Of a DNA stretch of 64,000 nt, positions 62,565 to 64,000 are shown piece by piece. Position 1 is the stretch's first letter. Each line of letters begins with the position of its first letter. The stretch comes from Hormiphora californensis. Its lineage: Eukaryota > Animalia > Ctenophora. The notes beneath the pieces are model-generated. The model did not search any database. It saw only the letters and a program-made list of their open reading frames with translations, and was not told where the DNA came from. The DNA lies in the NCBI GenBank assembly GCA_020137815.1, contig CM035352.1:6696001-6760000 (forward strand), given 5' to 3'. The position numbers were made by a program, and so were the translations under genes.

Positions 62565-64000
62565 AGAGAGGCGACGATACTCCTAACCCCAATTCTCTGA
62601 GATCTTCTGAATTCTCAATAAACTTGGGTAATAATCACAGTCGACCTCTCAGACGTGAAATTCTTCTAAATGGATACTGCTGTGGACACCCAGTTAACTT
62701 TCTAATTGATACTGGAGCTCATGTTAGCTTAGTTGCTACACGAATTGTTCACATCCTTGGTCTTTCTACTCAGATACGTCCTTCAAGTAAGCTTATTACC
62801 GGATTGGGAAAGCGGATTATTCCTATGAGAGGTGAGATTGACTTACCGACTGATATAGGAAAGTCACGACGTACTGAACGTTTTATAGTTAGTGATCATA
62901 TTGACACTGATTTTCTACTCGGTATGGATCTCATACAATCCTATGAGATGACAATTGATATTCCTAACCGTCTTGTTAAATTACCCGATCAAGACATTCC
63001 TACCACTTACAAACCTTCTTCTATTAACACTAGGACGAAGATTAAACTTTGTAAGACCATTACTATTCCTGCTAACTGTTCTAAGTTTGTACGTGGTTCA
63101 TTCCCACTAACTTCCACCTCACGTGACAAACATTTTTCTAAGCCACACCCTCGTGACAGGGAAGGCATTATCGAACCATTCTACAATCTAACAAGTAAAT
63201 GCAATTTGCTTGTTACTGGTACGTTATCATACTCAAAGGGTAATAAAGTGCATGTGCATTGTATTAACCCCACCGAGAATGATGTAACAATATACAAGAA
63301 CCAACTTGTTGCATTTTTTAACCCGGTTGATAATTCCCAGGCTGAAGAGGTGAGATCACTGAAGCAGTTCACTGGAAAAGAAGACTGGTATGATTCTTCT
63401 TGTGATATTCCTAGACTTCCCACAGCTTGTTCGATGGAAGATACAATCGAGAATGGCAAATGGAAAGATACTAACGACCTCCTAAATCAGTTAAAGATAA
63501 ATGAACTCAACCATGTTCCTGAACTCTATCGAGAACAGCTACGTGAACTGATTTGTGAGTATTCTCATATCTTTGCACGCAATCCTAACGATTTAGGATG
63601 TGCTTCCTTCTACGAATCACAACTTCATCTGAAGCGTGATTTCATCCCTAAATGGGTTCCTTCCCGGCCTGTTGGCCACCGTATTAAACCTTTCCTAGAT
63701 AAGGAAATTACTAATCTCTCTGAATCTGGTCAGATTTCACCCTGCAAGTATTCTCTTTGGAACAGTGCTGTTTTCATGGTTCCTAAGAATTCTTCTGGTT
63801 CTACTTCCTGGCGATTCGTCGTGGATGCTAGAAGTCTAAACTCTCAGTGCATTCAAGATAACTACGAACTTCCTAGAATTAATAACATCTTTGACAGGTT
63901 ATCAGAACACAACATCCTATCATCTTTGGATTTTGTTAGTTCTTTTACTCAAATTGGGCTCGAAAAGGAAAGCAGACATCTCACAGCCTTCACTTATAAC
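62561..64000 (+). CDS. pol: Pol (aspartic protease and start of reverse transcriptase), -1 frame relative to gag, partial
   Basis: FLIDTGAHVS, FLLGMD, SLWNSAVFMVPK...WRFVVDARSLN...YELPRI...SSLDFVSSFTQI...TAF. Confidence 0.9.

Larger units (their letters stand above)
61271..64000 (+). mobile_element. Gypsy/Ty3 LTR retrotransposon, 5' part
   Basis: Putative 5' LTR TGTT...AACA 61271-61393, PBS-like TGGAGCC at 61396, gag then pol. Confidence 0.9.

Overview
Eukaryotic, animal genomic DNA with short GT-AG introns, abundant (CT)n microsatellites and many MITEs. A spliced-leader-like 42-mer ending in TTAATTTGAG suggests a ctenophore; this rests on my recollection of published ctenophore SL sequences and is unverified. 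Minus strand start: a tightly linked intronless pair, METTL25-family methyltransferase then PSTK. Plus strand 11-37.5 kb: seven co-oriented genes (merlin/ERM, TTC1, FKBP3, CLC-3/4/5 exchanger, RBM22, MRPL13, COMMD5), most with an unpaired 3' splice acceptor just before the ATG, consistent with SL trans-splicing and operons. The 5' half of the merlin/ERM gene is duplicated, possibly as an uncollapsed haplotype, which exposes empty and filled sites for three insertions. One insertion begins with the SL-like 42-mer, encodes only a LINE ORF1-type protein and ends in a (TTTCAAG)n tail. A second copy of the 42-mer at 570-529 is followed by a GT...AG intron-like segment and heads another ORF. The right half holds an adhesion GPCR, Cys-rich repeat exons, a tRNA-Lys-derived element, a 3.5 kb palindrome and the start of a Gypsy LTR retrotransposon. 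About 16.1-17.3, 44.5-45.6 and 47.1-47.8 kb look like unpolished long-read consensus.
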